64,000 bases of DNA, from the NCBI GenBank assembly GCA_030066755.1, contig JASJAX010000008.1, forward strand, positions 13,958-77,957, read 5' to 3'. The position numbers and the translations under genes were made by a program. This document shows positions 48,819 through 58,860 of the stretch, piece by piece. The first letter of the stretch is position 1; every line of letters begins with the position of its first letter. Source of the stretch: Acidimicrobiia bacterium. GTDB lineage: Bacteria > Actinomycetota > Acidimicrobiia > Spongiisociales > UBA5794. Below the pieces are notes generated by a model. The model worked only from the letters and a program-made list of their open reading frames with translations, searched no databases and had not been told where the DNA came from.

Positions 48819-49886
48819 TTAGGGCGTGTCGGGACCCTCATCTTCCGACGCTTCGCTGTTGAGCCGATCGACGAGTCTGCGGAGCTTCCCCAGGTGGCGC
48901 CGGTCGAAGTGCAACTGGACGCGAGGCAGCTCGACGTGGTCGTCGTCGTTGATCTCGGCGGCCGTTGGTTCGATCTTCTCGATCGAGCCGGACACCACGA
49001 TGTCGGCGAACTCGTCGTTGATCGTTGCGATCAATCCGTCGCTCGGTTCGCTCTTGAGCCGCAAGACGAGCCGGCCGTTCACGTACCGCTGAGAGTGGTA
49101 GTTGTCGTAGAAACTCAGGATCTCCTTGCAGGCCGTGTCGATGCTCGTGGTGTAGGTGAACAAGCTGCGGTCGTCCGGGGCGATCATGCCCTGGGCCTCG
49201 AGCATGCCGACCAGGTCGAGCCACTTCTCCCAGTAGCCGGTGCCCTCGGCTTCGAGCAGCACGATCGGGTGCATGTCCGACTTGCCGGTCTGGATCAGCG
49301 TGAGCAACTCGAAGGTCTCGTCCTGGGTTCCGAAGCCACCCGGGAAGAGCACGAATGCGTCTGACTCCTTCACGAAGATCAGCTTCCGAGTGAAGAAGTA
49401 CTTGAAGTTGATGAGGCGGCTCTCGTGGACGTACGGGTTGGCTTCGGCCTCGAACGGAAGTCGGATGTTGACACCGAATCCGTACTCGGTTCCGGCTCCG
49501 AGGTTCCCGGCCTCCATGATCCCGGGCCCGGCGCCGGTGATCACCATCCAGCGGTGCTCGTCCGTCATCCGGCGGGCGAATTCGGCAGCGATCTTGTAGT
49601 TCGGGTCCTCGGGTGAGGTCCGCGCCGAGCCGTACATCGTGACCTTGGGGATGTGCCGGTACCGCGAGAACACCAGGAACGAGTACCGCAGTTCCTTGAG
49701 TGCGCTGTTGACCAGCTTGAGGTCTCCCCGGTCGGTGTCGTCTCGCAGCATCTTCAGCCCCGACACCATCATCTCTGCGATGAGCTCTTCGTCCTGATCG
49801 GGACCATCCGGGTCGTCCGTTGCATCACGGACCAGCTCCACCAGACGGCGGTCGAGATCTTCGTCTCCCAAGCGGTAAGGGCGCAT
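48819..49886 (-). CDS. LOG-family protein (cytokinin riboside 5'-monophosphate phosphoribohydrolase-like) with an N-terminal extension
   Basis: PGGFGTQDE and GAGPGIMEA LOG motifs. Confidence 0.75.
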   Translation of the reverse strand: MRPYRLGDEDLDRRLVELVRDATDDPDGPDQDEELIAEMMVSGLKMLRDDTDRGDLKLVNSALKELRYSFLVFSRYRHIPKVTMYGSARTSPEDPNYKIAAEFARRMTDEHRWMVITGAGPGIMEAGNLGAGTEYGFGVNIRLPFEAEANPYVHESRLINFKYFFTRKLIFVKESDAFVLFPGGFGTQDETFELLTLIQTGKSDMHPIVLLEAEGTGYWEKWLDLVGMLEAQGMIAPDDRSLFTYTTSIDTACKEILSFYDNYHSQRYVNGRLVLRLKSEPSDGLIATINDEFADIVVSGSIEKIEPTAAEINDDDHVELPRVQLHFDRRHLGKLRRLVDRLNSEASEDEGPDTP

Positions 49887-49966
49887 GTCGCTGACGCTAC
49901 TACCGGCTCGAGCCTTTTCGGTCGCACCGGCCGAACGATTCGCCCTCCGGTGATACCGTTCCGCCG

Positions 49967-50623
49967 ATGCGCCACGTGATCTGGGATTGGAACGGCACGC
50001 TGCTCGACGACCTCGAGATCGTCGTCGCCGCCGTCAATGACTCCTTGGCGTTGTTCGACGCGGCGCCGATCGACCCCGACGGCTATCGGGATCACTACAC
50101 GAGGCCGGTATACCGCTTCTACGAACGGCTCCTCGAGCGGGAGGTGACGGCAGCTGAGTGGGAGCGGATCGATGTCACCTTCCACGACTCCTACCGGCGG
50201 CGGCTCACGGCATCTCGGCTCACGGACGACGCTCTGGATGCACTGGGCCTTGCCGCAGACAGGGGTGCGTCGCAGTCGTTGCTGTCGATGTGGTGGCATG
50301 ACGAGCTGGTGCCCGCAGCGAACGACTGGGATGTTGCTCGCTACATGACGCGCATCGATGGCAATCGTGGCGAAGCCGGAGAGACGAAGGCGCGGCACCT
50401 CGCCAAACACCTCGCGGCGCTCAACGGTGACACCTCGGCCATCGAGCCCACGAGCGTCCTGGTGATCGGCGACAGTCTCGACGATGCGGTGGCGGCGCAG
50501 GAGGTCGGGGTGCCGTGCGTGCTCTACGACGGTGGGTCGCACCACCGGCGTGAGCTCGATGCGGCCGGTGTGCCGGTGGCGCAGAGCCTCGTCGCTGCGC
50601 TCCAACTCGGCGGCGTCGTCTGA
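49967..50623 (+). CDS. HAD-family hydrolase
   Basis: Motif I VIWDWNGTLLD and a C-terminal GDSLDD. Confidence 0.75.
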   Translation: MRHVIWDWNGTLLDDLEIVVAAVNDSLALFDAAPIDPDGYRDHYTRPVYRFYERLLEREVTAAEWERIDVTFHDSYRRRLTASRLTDDALDALGLAADRGASQSLLSMWWHDELVPAANDWDVARYMTRIDGNRGEAGETKARHLAKHLAALNGDTSAIEPTSVLVIGDSLDDAVAAQEVGVPCVLYDGGSHHRRELDAAGVPVAQSLVAALQLGGVV

Positions 50624-50669
50624 ACCGCCGTCCCTCCAGACCGTGAGCCGACCGGACTAGCGTGAGGGT

Positions 50670-51206
50670 ATGGCGGATTTGCCCACTCTCATCGGTGAGA
50701 CCGACATCCAGCAGCGCGTTGGCGAACTCGCCGATGAGATCAACGAGGCGTACGCGGACACCGACCTGCTGGTGCTGGTCGGCGTGCTGAAGGGCTCGTT
50801 CATGTTCCTCTCCGACCTGGCGAAGCGGCTCCGGGTACCCCACCGGGTTGAGTTCATCGCCGTGTCGAGTTACGGGGATCGCGAATCTGAGGAGCACACG
50901 GGTGCGGTCCGGCTGATCATGGACGTGCGCCACGATTTGGCCGGTGCCGACGTGCTCATTGTCGAGGACATCGTCGACACCGGGCACACGATCGTCTACC
51001 TCAAGGAGCTCCTGCAGGCACGTCACCCGAAGTCGCTTCGGCTCTGCACGCTGCTCCACAAGCCGGATCGCACAGAGGCGGACGTCGAGATCGAATACCT
51101 CGGCTTCACGATCCCCGATGTGTGGGTCGTCGGGTTCGGCCTCGACTACGCCGAACGCCACCGTACGTTGCCGTACGTCGCGGAACTCCCGCCCGACCAG
51201 CGCTGA
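50670..51206 (+). CDS. hpt: Hypoxanthine phosphoribosyltransferase
   Basis: PRPP-binding LIVEDIVDTGHT and an Hpt-family N-terminus. Confidence 0.85.
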   Translation: MADLPTLIGETDIQQRVGELADEINEAYADTDLLVLVGVLKGSFMFLSDLAKRLRVPHRVEFIAVSSYGDRESEEHTGAVRLIMDVRHDLAGADVLIVEDIVDTGHTIVYLKELLQARHPKSLRLCTLLHKPDRTEADVEIEYLGFTIPDVWVVGFGLDYAERHRTLPYVAELPPDQR

Positions 51207-51207
51207 T

Positions 51208-51224
51208 ACGTCGTCGGGCGACGT
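51208..51224 (+). terminator. Short hairpin (ACGUCG-ucggg-CGACGU) after the hpt stop
   Basis: Direct reading, between the convergent hpt and yajQ genes. Confidence 0.35.
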
Positions 51225-51270
51225 AGGTCGCAGTACGTCGTACGGCTGAGCCGGAGGCTCGGCGAGCTGA

Positions 51271-51756
51271 TCAGTCCCGGTAGTTCACGTACTGCAGCGG
51301 GAGCCGGTAGTCGAGTCCCTTCACGAGTGCGATGACGGTCTGGAGATCGTCGCGTTTCTTGCCCTGAACCCGCAGCTGGTCGCCCTGGATCTGAACCTGG
51401 ACCTTGAGCTTGGCGTCGCGGATGTGCTTGGAAAGCTCTTTCGCGGCGTCCTGGGCGATGCCCTGGTTCAACGTGAACTCCGCTCGTACCCGACCCCCGG
51501 CGGCCGGCTTCGGATCGCCGCCGGCGAGGGACTTCAGCGATACCGACCGTTTCACCAGCCGACCCTTCACCACGTCGATGGCGGCGTCGAGCCGGCCGTC
51601 GGAGGCCGACTCGATCACGATGGCATCGTCCGAGATCTGCACGGTGGTGTTCGTGCCCTTGAAGTCGAACCGGTTCACGATCTCACGGTTGGCTTGATCG
51701 ACTGCGTTGCGGACTTCCTGCATGTCGACTTTGGAGACGATATCGAAGGCTGGCAT
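51271..51756 (-). CDS. yajQ: YajQ-family nucleotide (c-di-GMP)-binding protein
   Basis: Colinear similarity with E. coli YajQ (MPAFDIVSKVDMQEVRNAVDQANREI..KVQVQIQGDQLRV..). Confidence 0.85.
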   Translation of the reverse strand: MPAFDIVSKVDMQEVRNAVDQANREIVNRFDFKGTNTTVQISDDAIVIESASDGRLDAAIDVVKGRLVKRSVSLKSLAGGDPKPAAGGRVRAEFTLNQGIAQDAAKELSKHIRDAKLKVQVQIQGDQLRVQGKKRDDLQTVIALVKGLDYRLPLQYVNYRD

Positions 51757-51798
51757 GGCGGGGAGCGTAGCCTGATGGCCGCACCATCAGGCTGGTTA

Positions 51799-52644
51799 TC
51801 AGCGTGGGGCCAGCTCGGACGACTGGACGGCCCGCGCCGCCTGGACGGCACCGGCGTGCATTGCGGGTTCGAGCTCGGCGCCACCGAGCCACGTCACTGC
51901 AAACCCGGCAAAGAAGGCGTCGCCGGCTCCGTTGGTGTCGACGACCTCGCCGGATTCGACCGGCACCGCCGGCATGTCCACCCAGCCGTGCTCGGCAGTG
52001 AGCCCCGTTGCGCCGGCGCTGCCGTGCGTGCAGACGACGGTCGTCGTTCCCGCCTCGATCCGACGCTCCATGAAGCCGCGCCAAGCGTCGAGGCGGTTGG
52101 ACGTGAGCTGGAGATGGGCAGCGCCCTCGATGAAGTCGGTGTAATGCGGGTTGTCCGCTTCGTAGTCATGGAGATCGCACCAATAACCGATGCCCGCGTC
52201 AGCGAGGATCGGGAGCAGTGGCCGAGCCGCGTTGACGATCGTGACGGCGCACAGGTCGACGTCGTGCAGCAGCGGAGACACGAAGCCGGGGTCGACCGAA
52301 AGCCGCTGCAAGCCCCCGTTGGCGAAGATCGAGATCCGCTCGCCCTTGCCGTCCATCAAGTTCACGTGGCGCACGGTCCCGGTTGGATCCGGGGCGGTCA
52401 CGAAGTCGACGCCGGCGCGATCCATGTAGGCGGTGATCCGCCGCCCCGGGTCGTCGTCGCCGATCATGCCCCACAGGGTGACGTCGACGCCGAGGGTCCG
52501 GAGGTTCAGCGCCTTGCCGGCTCCGCTCGATCCCACGGTTTCGTGGTAGCCGTTGCTGAACACCGTCGCCGGTTCCGGAGCCGGGAACCGATCGACGTAC
52601 ACCATCGTGTTCCACGCCACGCCACCGAGGACGAGAGCGCGCAT
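51799..52644 (-). CDS. PfkB-family carbohydrate/nucleoside kinase
   Basis: N-terminal GG motif (LVLGGVAWN) and C-terminal TNGAGDAF. Confidence 0.7.
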   Translation of the reverse strand: MRALVLGGVAWNTMVYVDRFPAPEPATVFSNGYHETVGSSGAGKALNLRTLGVDVTLWGMIGDDDPGRRITAYMDRAGVDFVTAPDPTGTVRHVNLMDGKGERISIFANGGLQRLSVDPGFVSPLLHDVDLCAVTIVNAARPLLPILADAGIGYWCDLHDYEADNPHYTDFIEGAAHLQLTSNRLDAWRGFMERRIEAGTTTVVCTHGSAGATGLTAEHGWVDMPAVPVESGEVVDTNGAGDAFFAGFAVTWLGGAELEPAMHAGAVQAARAVQSSELAPR

Positions 52645-52660
52645 ACCGTCGGCAGTCACG

Positions 52661-53650
52661 TCAGCGGTAGGCAGGCCCGGCTGGTCCACGCCGCACGACG
52701 GCCGCCCATACCGTGTCGTAGTGATCACGATCGAACGGGTCGATGTGGGGAAGCACGAACTCCTCCCATGAACGGCGGAGTGGGTCCGCAGCGCTGTTGT
52801 AGACGCGCAGTCCGGCCGGAATCCGATCGAGCACGGTCCGCAGGCTCATCGGCGTCTCGACCCGCGTGCGAGCGTCGGTCGAGGTGAACGACGCGTTGAC
52901 CTCGACGGCCAGTTTGGCGATCAGCTCGCGAAACTCGACCTTGAGGCCGGGATGCCGGCGATCGAGCATGGACGTCAGCTGGTCCTCAGCGGGGAAGTCC
53001 TTCTCCCAAATGATCCAGCGGTCGGCGAAGGCCTTGTTCAGTGTCTGCGTTCCGGCGTAGTCGCGTAGGTCCGTCGGGTTGAGCGTGCCGAACACTCGGA
53101 CGTCATCGCGCAGGCGCACGAGTTCGCCGGTCGGAAGCTCGAGCGCGCGATGTCGATCGAGGAGACCGTGCAGCGCAAACAACGTCTCGGCGCCGGCGGC
53201 ATTGAGCTCCGAGAGGTTGATGAGCGCCGGGCCTCGCAATGCGCGGGTGATGTCGCCGTCCTCCCAGCGGGATTCCGTGCCGCCCTTGCCGTCCCCGTGC
53301 AGCTTGACCGACCCGATGAGGGTGATGTCACGGACCTCCCCGGTCAGCGGGATCCGATAGTGGGGCATGTGCAGCAACGCGGCGAACTGCTCGAGATCGT
53401 GGTCTTTCCCGGTTCCCATGTGTCCGCGAAGTGCGAGATGTAGGGGGGTGTCCGCAAAGGCGCCGCGGCGAACCTGTTCGAGCTGCGCCAACCGGTACAG
53501 CATCCCGAGGTCGACGTAGTACGGGTCGGGCTCGGGAATGTGCGCCGCACGGAGTTCAGCGTCGGACAGGTCCTTGGGTAGGGCGACCGTCTCGAGCTCG
53601 ATGGGCGGGCCCTCGCCGGTCGGATCGGTGAAGGTCACGATGTCAGACAT
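52661..53650 (-). CDS. CobS-like AAA+ ATPase (AAA_5 / MoxR-like)
   Basis: Colinear with CobS blocks (GHMGTGKDHDLEQFAALL, DITLIGS, FGTLNPTD..GTQTLNKAFADRW). Translationally coupled (ATGTCTGA overlap) to the upstream VWA gene. Confidence 0.65.
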   Translation of the reverse strand: MSDIVTFTDPTGEGPPIELETVALPKDLSDAELRAAHIPEPDPYYVDLGMLYRLAQLEQVRRGAFADTPLHLALRGHMGTGKDHDLEQFAALLHMPHYRIPLTGEVRDITLIGSVKLHGDGKGGTESRWEDGDITRALRGPALINLSELNAAGAETLFALHGLLDRHRALELPTGELVRLRDDVRVFGTLNPTDLRDYAGTQTLNKAFADRWIIWEKDFPAEDQLTSMLDRRHPGLKVEFRELIAKLAVEVNASFTSTDARTRVETPMSLRTVLDRIPAGLRVYNSAADPLRRSWEEFVLPHIDPFDRDHYDTVWAAVVRRGPAGPAYR

Positions 53651-55868
53651 TGCTGCTCCTTGCGGATGTTGGTTCGTAGATGTTGCGTTCTGATGAATGG
53701 GCCCACCAGGTGTCGCCACCGGTGGTTGCCAGGGTCTTGTAGAGGGTGGAGCGCACGCCACCAACCATGGCGGCGGCGAGCTCTCGGGGTTGCTCGACGA
53801 CCTGATTGCGGGAGTAGGCGGCTTGCACCGTCTCATCGCCGATGCCGATGCCGAGCACGACGGCACCAGTGTGTTCGACCGCTTCGACGGAGTCGGCGAG
53901 ATCCTGGACAGACCCGCGGGTCATACCATCGGCAAGGACGACGAGGATTCGGGTCGACACCTTGCGATTGGCGAGTCGCATCGCGGCGTACTGAACGTTG
54001 AACTCGTCGACGTTTGCGGCCTTGTCGAACATCGAGATCGGCGGTGCCTTCTCGGTATCTCGCCTGACCGTCCGGCTGGCTTCTTGCGGTGTGGCTGCCA
54101 TGTAGAACAACCCAGCCAGCAACTCCTCGGCGGATCGCCACCGGGCGTCGAACGGTTTGACCAAGTAGTGATTGACGGTGCGCGTCAGTCGCTCGGCCGC
54201 GCCCCCTTGGCTCCGCCTCAGCGCGCCGGTCGCAGCATGGCGGCGTTCCGAGAACGACTTCTCGGTGTCGTCGGCCGCGGCGGCAAAGGCTCGATTGAAG
54301 AGCGCGACCTCGAAGTCGATCTGCAACTCGTCGCAGAGCCGCGCCAGGGTGATGGCTCCGAGGGTTGCAGCCGCAAGGGCCCAGGGAGTCTTGCGACCGG
54401 CCTCGAGCGGGCGAGGCTGGAGCATGCTCGCCGAGCCGTCGACGAGGAGGCTGACGCCGTACGAACGCTTGGTCGGCAGGTCGCGTCGCTCGAACATGCG
54501 CTCATAGAGACCGCCGCCCAGGAGGAGCGCCGCATACGGAGACAAGTCGCCGGCATCGAAACCGGAACGGAGGCCGCGTCGCTGGTTGGCGAGGAAGAGG
54601 GGATAGAGCTCGCCCGACACCCGGCGTTGCGCCACCTCCCACTCCTGTGACGCCCGGGCGATGAGTTCACGACCGTCGGCGCCGAACTGTGCAAACCGCT
54701 CCGGGAAGGACGCGACGACCAGCTTGCCGCCCTGGCCGGTCGGCAGGTAGACGGTGGGCGACTCGCTCACCTTGACCAGCTGATCCGTCGCCGGGTCACC
54801 GGCCATCTCTGCGTCACCCCGGCGACCGTGTTGCGCCGACACGGTCTGGGCCGCCTGACGGGTCTGGTCGTAACTCTCCGCATCCTGGAGGGGCGGAGTG
54901 ACGATGCGGACTGCGTCGACCGACTCGGACATCGAGGCGGCGTCGGCTTCCGACATGAGGGTCCGGTCGGACTTGGAAGCGTCCGCACCGGTTTCGGTGA
55001 GGAGCTGGTGAACTCGGGCGACTTCCAGCAGCTCGAGCGCAAGGCCGCCGACATCCCACGGGTCGTCGGTTTCGGCGAGGCGTTCGATCCACGCCATGGC
55101 GTCATCGAGCGCCGCCGCAACATGCGGGGCGACCCGCCGTTGCAGCATGTCTCGGTCGGCGTAATCGCCGCCGAGCATGAAGCACGCCAACGCGAACTGT
55201 CCCAACGGCCGTGCGTCCCGCATCGCATCGGTCATCGCCGCGCGATAGAGGTCGCCCAGCACCGATCGTGCTCCCTCGTACGCTGCGAAGTAGCGCCGTT
55301 CCTGCCGGGCGTCTTCGAGCGAGAGGAACATCGCCTCGGCTGCGGCCCCACCAGCTTCGTGGAGCGCCTCGAGGAGCGGAACGGCAACGGCGTCGAGCAA
55401 CGCGGCCGAAGGCTCCTCGGCGATCGGTTCCGGCTCGACGTCGAGTTCCTCGGCGTCATCGTCGAAGTCGAAGAGCCCGAGCGGTCCGTCAATCCGCTCT
55501 GGCGCCGTGTCTTCGACCTCGGGCGGCGTCGGCAGCCAGGACGGCGGGATCGGCCGCTTCTCCTCGAAGTCGGTCGCGACGAGGTGCACCGCTTCATGCA
55601 ACGCCGACGCCAACGCCACCTCGGTGGGCGTCACCGGGGCGCTGCGGGCGTAGGCCGCCTGGAACACGCCCGGGTCGATCACGATCTCGTTCTCGTCCGC
55701 TGCGGCCTGCGAACCGAGCCGCACCGTGAGCTCTTCGTTCCCGGAAAGCGTCCTGGCAAACCGGGTCACGGCCGGCGCTACCCGCTGATAGCGCGCAACT
55801 ACGGCCTCGATCACCCGTTCGTCGGGCGGCAAGACCTCGTTGAGCACCGATTGCGTACGGTCGCGCAT
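53643..55868 (-). CDS. CobT-like von Willebrand factor A domain protein
   Basis: 741 aa with a C-terminal VWA domain and MIDAS motif (LLVDGSASM). It is the partner of the AAA_5 ATPase. Confidence 0.6.
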   Translation of the reverse strand: MRDRTQSVLNEVLPPDERVIEAVVARYQRVAPAVTRFARTLSGNEELTVRLGSQAAADENEIVIDPGVFQAAYARSAPVTPTEVALASALHEAVHLVATDFEEKRPIPPSWLPTPPEVEDTAPERIDGPLGLFDFDDDAEELDVEPEPIAEEPSAALLDAVAVPLLEALHEAGGAAAEAMFLSLEDARQERRYFAAYEGARSVLGDLYRAAMTDAMRDARPLGQFALACFMLGGDYADRDMLQRRVAPHVAAALDDAMAWIERLAETDDPWDVGGLALELLEVARVHQLLTETGADASKSDRTLMSEADAASMSESVDAVRIVTPPLQDAESYDQTRQAAQTVSAQHGRRGDAEMAGDPATDQLVKVSESPTVYLPTGQGGKLVVASFPERFAQFGADGRELIARASQEWEVAQRRVSGELYPLFLANQRRGLRSGFDAGDLSPYAALLLGGGLYERMFERRDLPTKRSYGVSLLVDGSASMLQPRPLEAGRKTPWALAAATLGAITLARLCDELQIDFEVALFNRAFAAAADDTEKSFSERRHAATGALRRSQGGAAERLTRTVNHYLVKPFDARWRSAEELLAGLFYMAATPQEASRTVRRDTEKAPPISMFDKAANVDEFNVQYAAMRLANRKVSTRILVVLADGMTRGSVQDLADSVEAVEHTGAVVLGIGIGDETVQAAYSRNQVVEQPRELAAAMVGGVRSTLYKTLATTGGDTWWAHSSERNIYEPTSARSSNV

Positions 55869-55934
55869 AACCGGCTGATTGTCTCATGGCTGTCAAGTAG
55901 CGGGGACGCGTGACGACAAGACGCCGTCGCCGAG

Positions 55935-55976
55935 GTCTCAGGTCTCAGGTCTCAGGTCTCAGGTCTCAGGTCTCAA
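55935..55976. repeat. Heptamer array GTCTCAG x5 plus GTCTCAA
   Basis: Direct reading in the divergent region between the VWA gene and arfB. Confidence 0.9.
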
Positions 55977-56003
55977 GTACGTGTCACCGGCTACGTTGGC
56001 TTC

Positions 56004-56426
56004 ATGGACGATCTCCAAGTGACGCCCGACCACTTCATTCCGGCCAATGAGCTGGAGTGGCGGTTTGACACGTCTGGGGGGCCTGGGGGGCAGCATGCGA
56101 ACAAGGCTGCCACTCGGGTCGAGCTGCGTTTCGACCTCGGCCGGAGCGAGGTGTTTCCTGCCGATATGCGGCGACACATGCTCGACCAGCTCGGCAGTCG
56201 GGTTCGTGACGGCGTGGTCACGGTGTCCGTCGACGAGTCTCGCTCGCAGTACCGGAATCGGGTGACGGCCCGCCGGCGACTCGCCGAGCTTCTCGCCGAG
56301 TCGATGCGGATGCCGACTGCGAGGCGCCCGACACGTCCGAGCCGGGCCGCGAAGCGCCGTCGTAGCGAAGCCAAGCGGCGGAGATCGGAAACGAAACGAT
56401 TGCGGCGTCGCCCGGAGCTCGACTGA
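56004..56426 (+). CDS. arfB: Alternative ribosome-rescue factor ArfB (peptidyl-tRNA hydrolase, GGQ domain)
   Basis: GGQ motif SGGPGGQHANK with a basic C-terminal tail. Confidence 0.85.
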   Translation: MDDLQVTPDHFIPANELEWRFDTSGGPGGQHANKAATRVELRFDLGRSEVFPADMRRHMLDQLGSRVRDGVVTVSVDESRSQYRNRVTARRRLAELLAESMRMPTARRPTRPSRAAKRRRSEAKRRRSETKRLRRRPELD

Positions 56427-56429
56427 ACG

Positions 56430-57209
56430 CTACGGGGTGACCACCGAAACGGTGAGCGATCCGTCGAGTCCGCTGGGACGCTCGCCTCTCGCAAAGCTGG
56501 CAGCGAGCTTCAGCTCGTAATCGCCCGGCGTTGCATCGGCGGCGTCGACGAAGAACCGAACCACGTCGGTCTCGCCGTCCTCGAGCGATGCATCGTGGTG
56601 CAGGCTCGTCGTCGACCCGTACCCCGGGTAGGTGATCGGCAGTGCTGCTTCGGCCCCAACGACGACCGAGAACCGCTCGACGACAGGAGCGAGGCCGGAG
56701 TAGGCGACCTCCACCCACATGCCGGCACCGGCGGTGACTTCGACCGCATCAGTCACTTGAGCAACATCGGTGCCCCGGTAAACGGTTGTTGGAACCTTGA
56801 CGTTGTGAATCGACGACTGGCGGCGTCGGCCGCCATCCCACGACGCCTCGAGTTGGAGCTTGAAGCCGTTCGCTCTGGTCGCCTTCGATGACTCCGGCAC
56901 GTGGACCTGGATCGCCGTGTAGTCGATCTCGCCGTCCATCAGGTGCGGTGATTGGTACGGGCCGCTGTACGTTGCGGTGTTCTCCGGGTAACCGAACTCC
57001 GCAGCGTCGGTGCGCCGGACGACGACCCGGAAGTTCTCGAGATCGCCTTTGGCGCGCCAGGTGAAGGCCAACCACACGGTGTCGCCGACAACGACGGCGG
57101 CGGAGCGTTCTTGAATGAGTTCGACCTTGCCGGGCCGATCCGCACTTGCGGGAGCCGCCAGCGACACCACCAGGCCGGTCAGCAGGAGGCAGATCGTCAA
57201 GCGTCGCAT
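56430..57209 (-). CDS. Hypothetical secreted protein
   Basis: Signal peptide MRRLTICLLLTGLVVSLAAPASA, beta-rich. Confidence 0.5.
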   Translation of the reverse strand: MRRLTICLLLTGLVVSLAAPASADRPGKVELIQERSAAVVVGDTVWLAFTWRAKGDLENFRVVVRRTDAAEFGYPENTATYSGPYQSPHLMDGEIDYTAIQVHVPESSKATRANGFKLQLEASWDGGRRRQSSIHNVKVPTTVYRGTDVAQVTDAVEVTAGAGMWVEVAYSGLAPVVERFSVVVGAEAALPITYPGYGSTTSLHHDASLEDGETDVVRFFVDAADATPGDYELKLAASFARGERPSGLDGSLTVSVVTP

Positions 57210-57210
57210 C

Positions 57211-57498
57211 TCAGCCCTCCCCGCACACGGTGTCGAACGCCACGGAGACCCGCTGACGCAGCTCGGCGTCGTCATCGAGTGTTGCCTTGAAGTCGTCATA
57301 GACGGCGCGGTCGACGCCAGATTCCGCCAACAACGAAGTCAGTTCGGCGTCGATGTCGACCGCCTCGTCGAATGCGAAACGCGGTACATCACAGAGCCAG
57401 GCCGCCTCCACGGCGACCACCTCATCGGAGAACGACGTTCCCCCGCACGCGCTGAGCAGGGCGGCGAGAACGAGGCCGGCGATTGCACTTCGACGCAT
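57211..57498 (-). CDS. Small hypothetical lipoprotein
   Basis: 95 aa with lipobox LLSAC, immediately upstream of the secreted protein gene. Confidence 0.45.
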   Translation of the reverse strand: MRRSAIAGLVLAALLSACGGTSFSDEVVAVEAAWLCDVPRFAFDEAVDIDAELTSLLAESGVDRAVYDDFKATLDDDAELRQRVSVAFDTVCGEG

Positions 57499-57609
57499 GG
57501 CAAAACCTCGGATCGCTTTGCACTCCTGTCGGCAAAAACCCCTGGCAGGAAAGGACTCATCGGTGGGTGCGCGACGGGTTGGGGCGCCGCCGTCTCTACA
57601 CTCGAGTCG

Positions 57610-58860
57610 ATGCATTTCGACCTCACCACACTGCCCAACGGCCTCCGTGTGATCTCCCAGGACATGCCCTCCGTTCGCTCGGTTTCGGTCGGCATGTGGG
57701 TTGACGCCGGAAGCCGCGATGAAAACCCCGTTGAAGCCGGCGCCAGCCATTTCCTCGAACACCTGTTGTTCAAGGGGAGTGACCGCCTCTCGGCCCAAGC
57801 GATCGCCGAAGCATTCGACGCCGTCGGCGCCCAACACAACGCGTTCACGTCCAAGGAGTACACCTCGTACTGGGCGAAGCTGCGCGACGCCGACCTGCCG
57901 CTTGCGACGGAGATCCTCTCCGAGATGCTGATCCGTCCCGCGTTCCGCCAAGAGGAGATCGACTCGGAACGCCACGTGGTCATGGAAGAGATCAACATGA
58001 ACGAGGACGACCCGACCGACGTCGCCCACGAGATGTTCGTGCGGTCGCTCTGGGCGGGGCACCCCCTCGCCCCCCCGATCCTCGGAACCCGCAACTCGAT
58101 CACCGAGATGACGCGAGACACGATCGCCGGGTACTGGGGTCGCCGCTATTCACCGCAGTCCGTCGTCGTTGCTGCTGCGGGCCGGGTCGACCACGCCGAA
58201 CTGGTTGCGCAGATCGAATCGCACATGGGGGAGTGGTCCGGCCCGACGATCGACCGGCAGGTCTCGCCCGCCGAACCGCACGCAGAGGTCAATGTGACCC
58301 GTCGCGACACCGAGCAAGCCCACCTCGTGTTCGGCGGTGAGGCGCTCACCCGCGACGACGAGCGACGATGGGCGCTGACTGTGGTCGACCACGTCCTCGG
58401 CGGCGGCATGTCGTCCCGGCTCTTCCGGGAGATCCGCGAGCAGCGTGGCCTCGCATACGCCGTCCACAGCTTCCGGCTGCCGTTCAAGGACAGCGGTGCG
58501 TTCGCCATCTACGTCGGTACGACACCCACGCAGACCTCCGAGGTGTTGAAACTCATCCGCAGCGAGCTGGACAAGATGATGCAGGACGGGCTGACTGAAG
58601 AGGAGCTGCGGCGAGCAAAGGGCCACGTTGCCGGGGCGTTGGCGCTGTCCCTCGAGGACTCGGGTAGCCGGATGAACCGACTGGGTCGCAACGAGCTCAC
58701 CGGTATCGAACAGCTGTCGGTCGACGAGATCGTTGCCCGTGTAGAAGCTGTTGATTTGGACGAGGCGTTGGACGTCGCCCGGGATGTCTATGCGGGGCCG
58801 TACGTGCTCGGCGCCGTTGGGCCCTTCGACGCCGAGGATCTCGAGAGCTTCATCGCATGA
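57610..58860 (+). CDS. M16-family zinc peptidase (insulinase-like)
   Basis: HxxEH zinc motif HFLEHLLF. Inverted zincin fold. Confidence 0.85.
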   Translation: MHFDLTTLPNGLRVISQDMPSVRSVSVGMWVDAGSRDENPVEAGASHFLEHLLFKGSDRLSAQAIAEAFDAVGAQHNAFTSKEYTSYWAKLRDADLPLATEILSEMLIRPAFRQEEIDSERHVVMEEINMNEDDPTDVAHEMFVRSLWAGHPLAPPILGTRNSITEMTRDTIAGYWGRRYSPQSVVVAAAGRVDHAELVAQIESHMGEWSGPTIDRQVSPAEPHAEVNVTRRDTEQAHLVFGGEALTRDDERRWALTVVDHVLGGGMSSRLFREIREQRGLAYAVHSFRLPFKDSGAFAIYVGTTPTQTSEVLKLIRSELDKMMQDGLTEEELRRAKGHVAGALALSLEDSGSRMNRLGRNELTGIEQLSVDEIVARVEAVDLDEALDVARDVYAGPYVLGAVGPFDAEDLESFIA

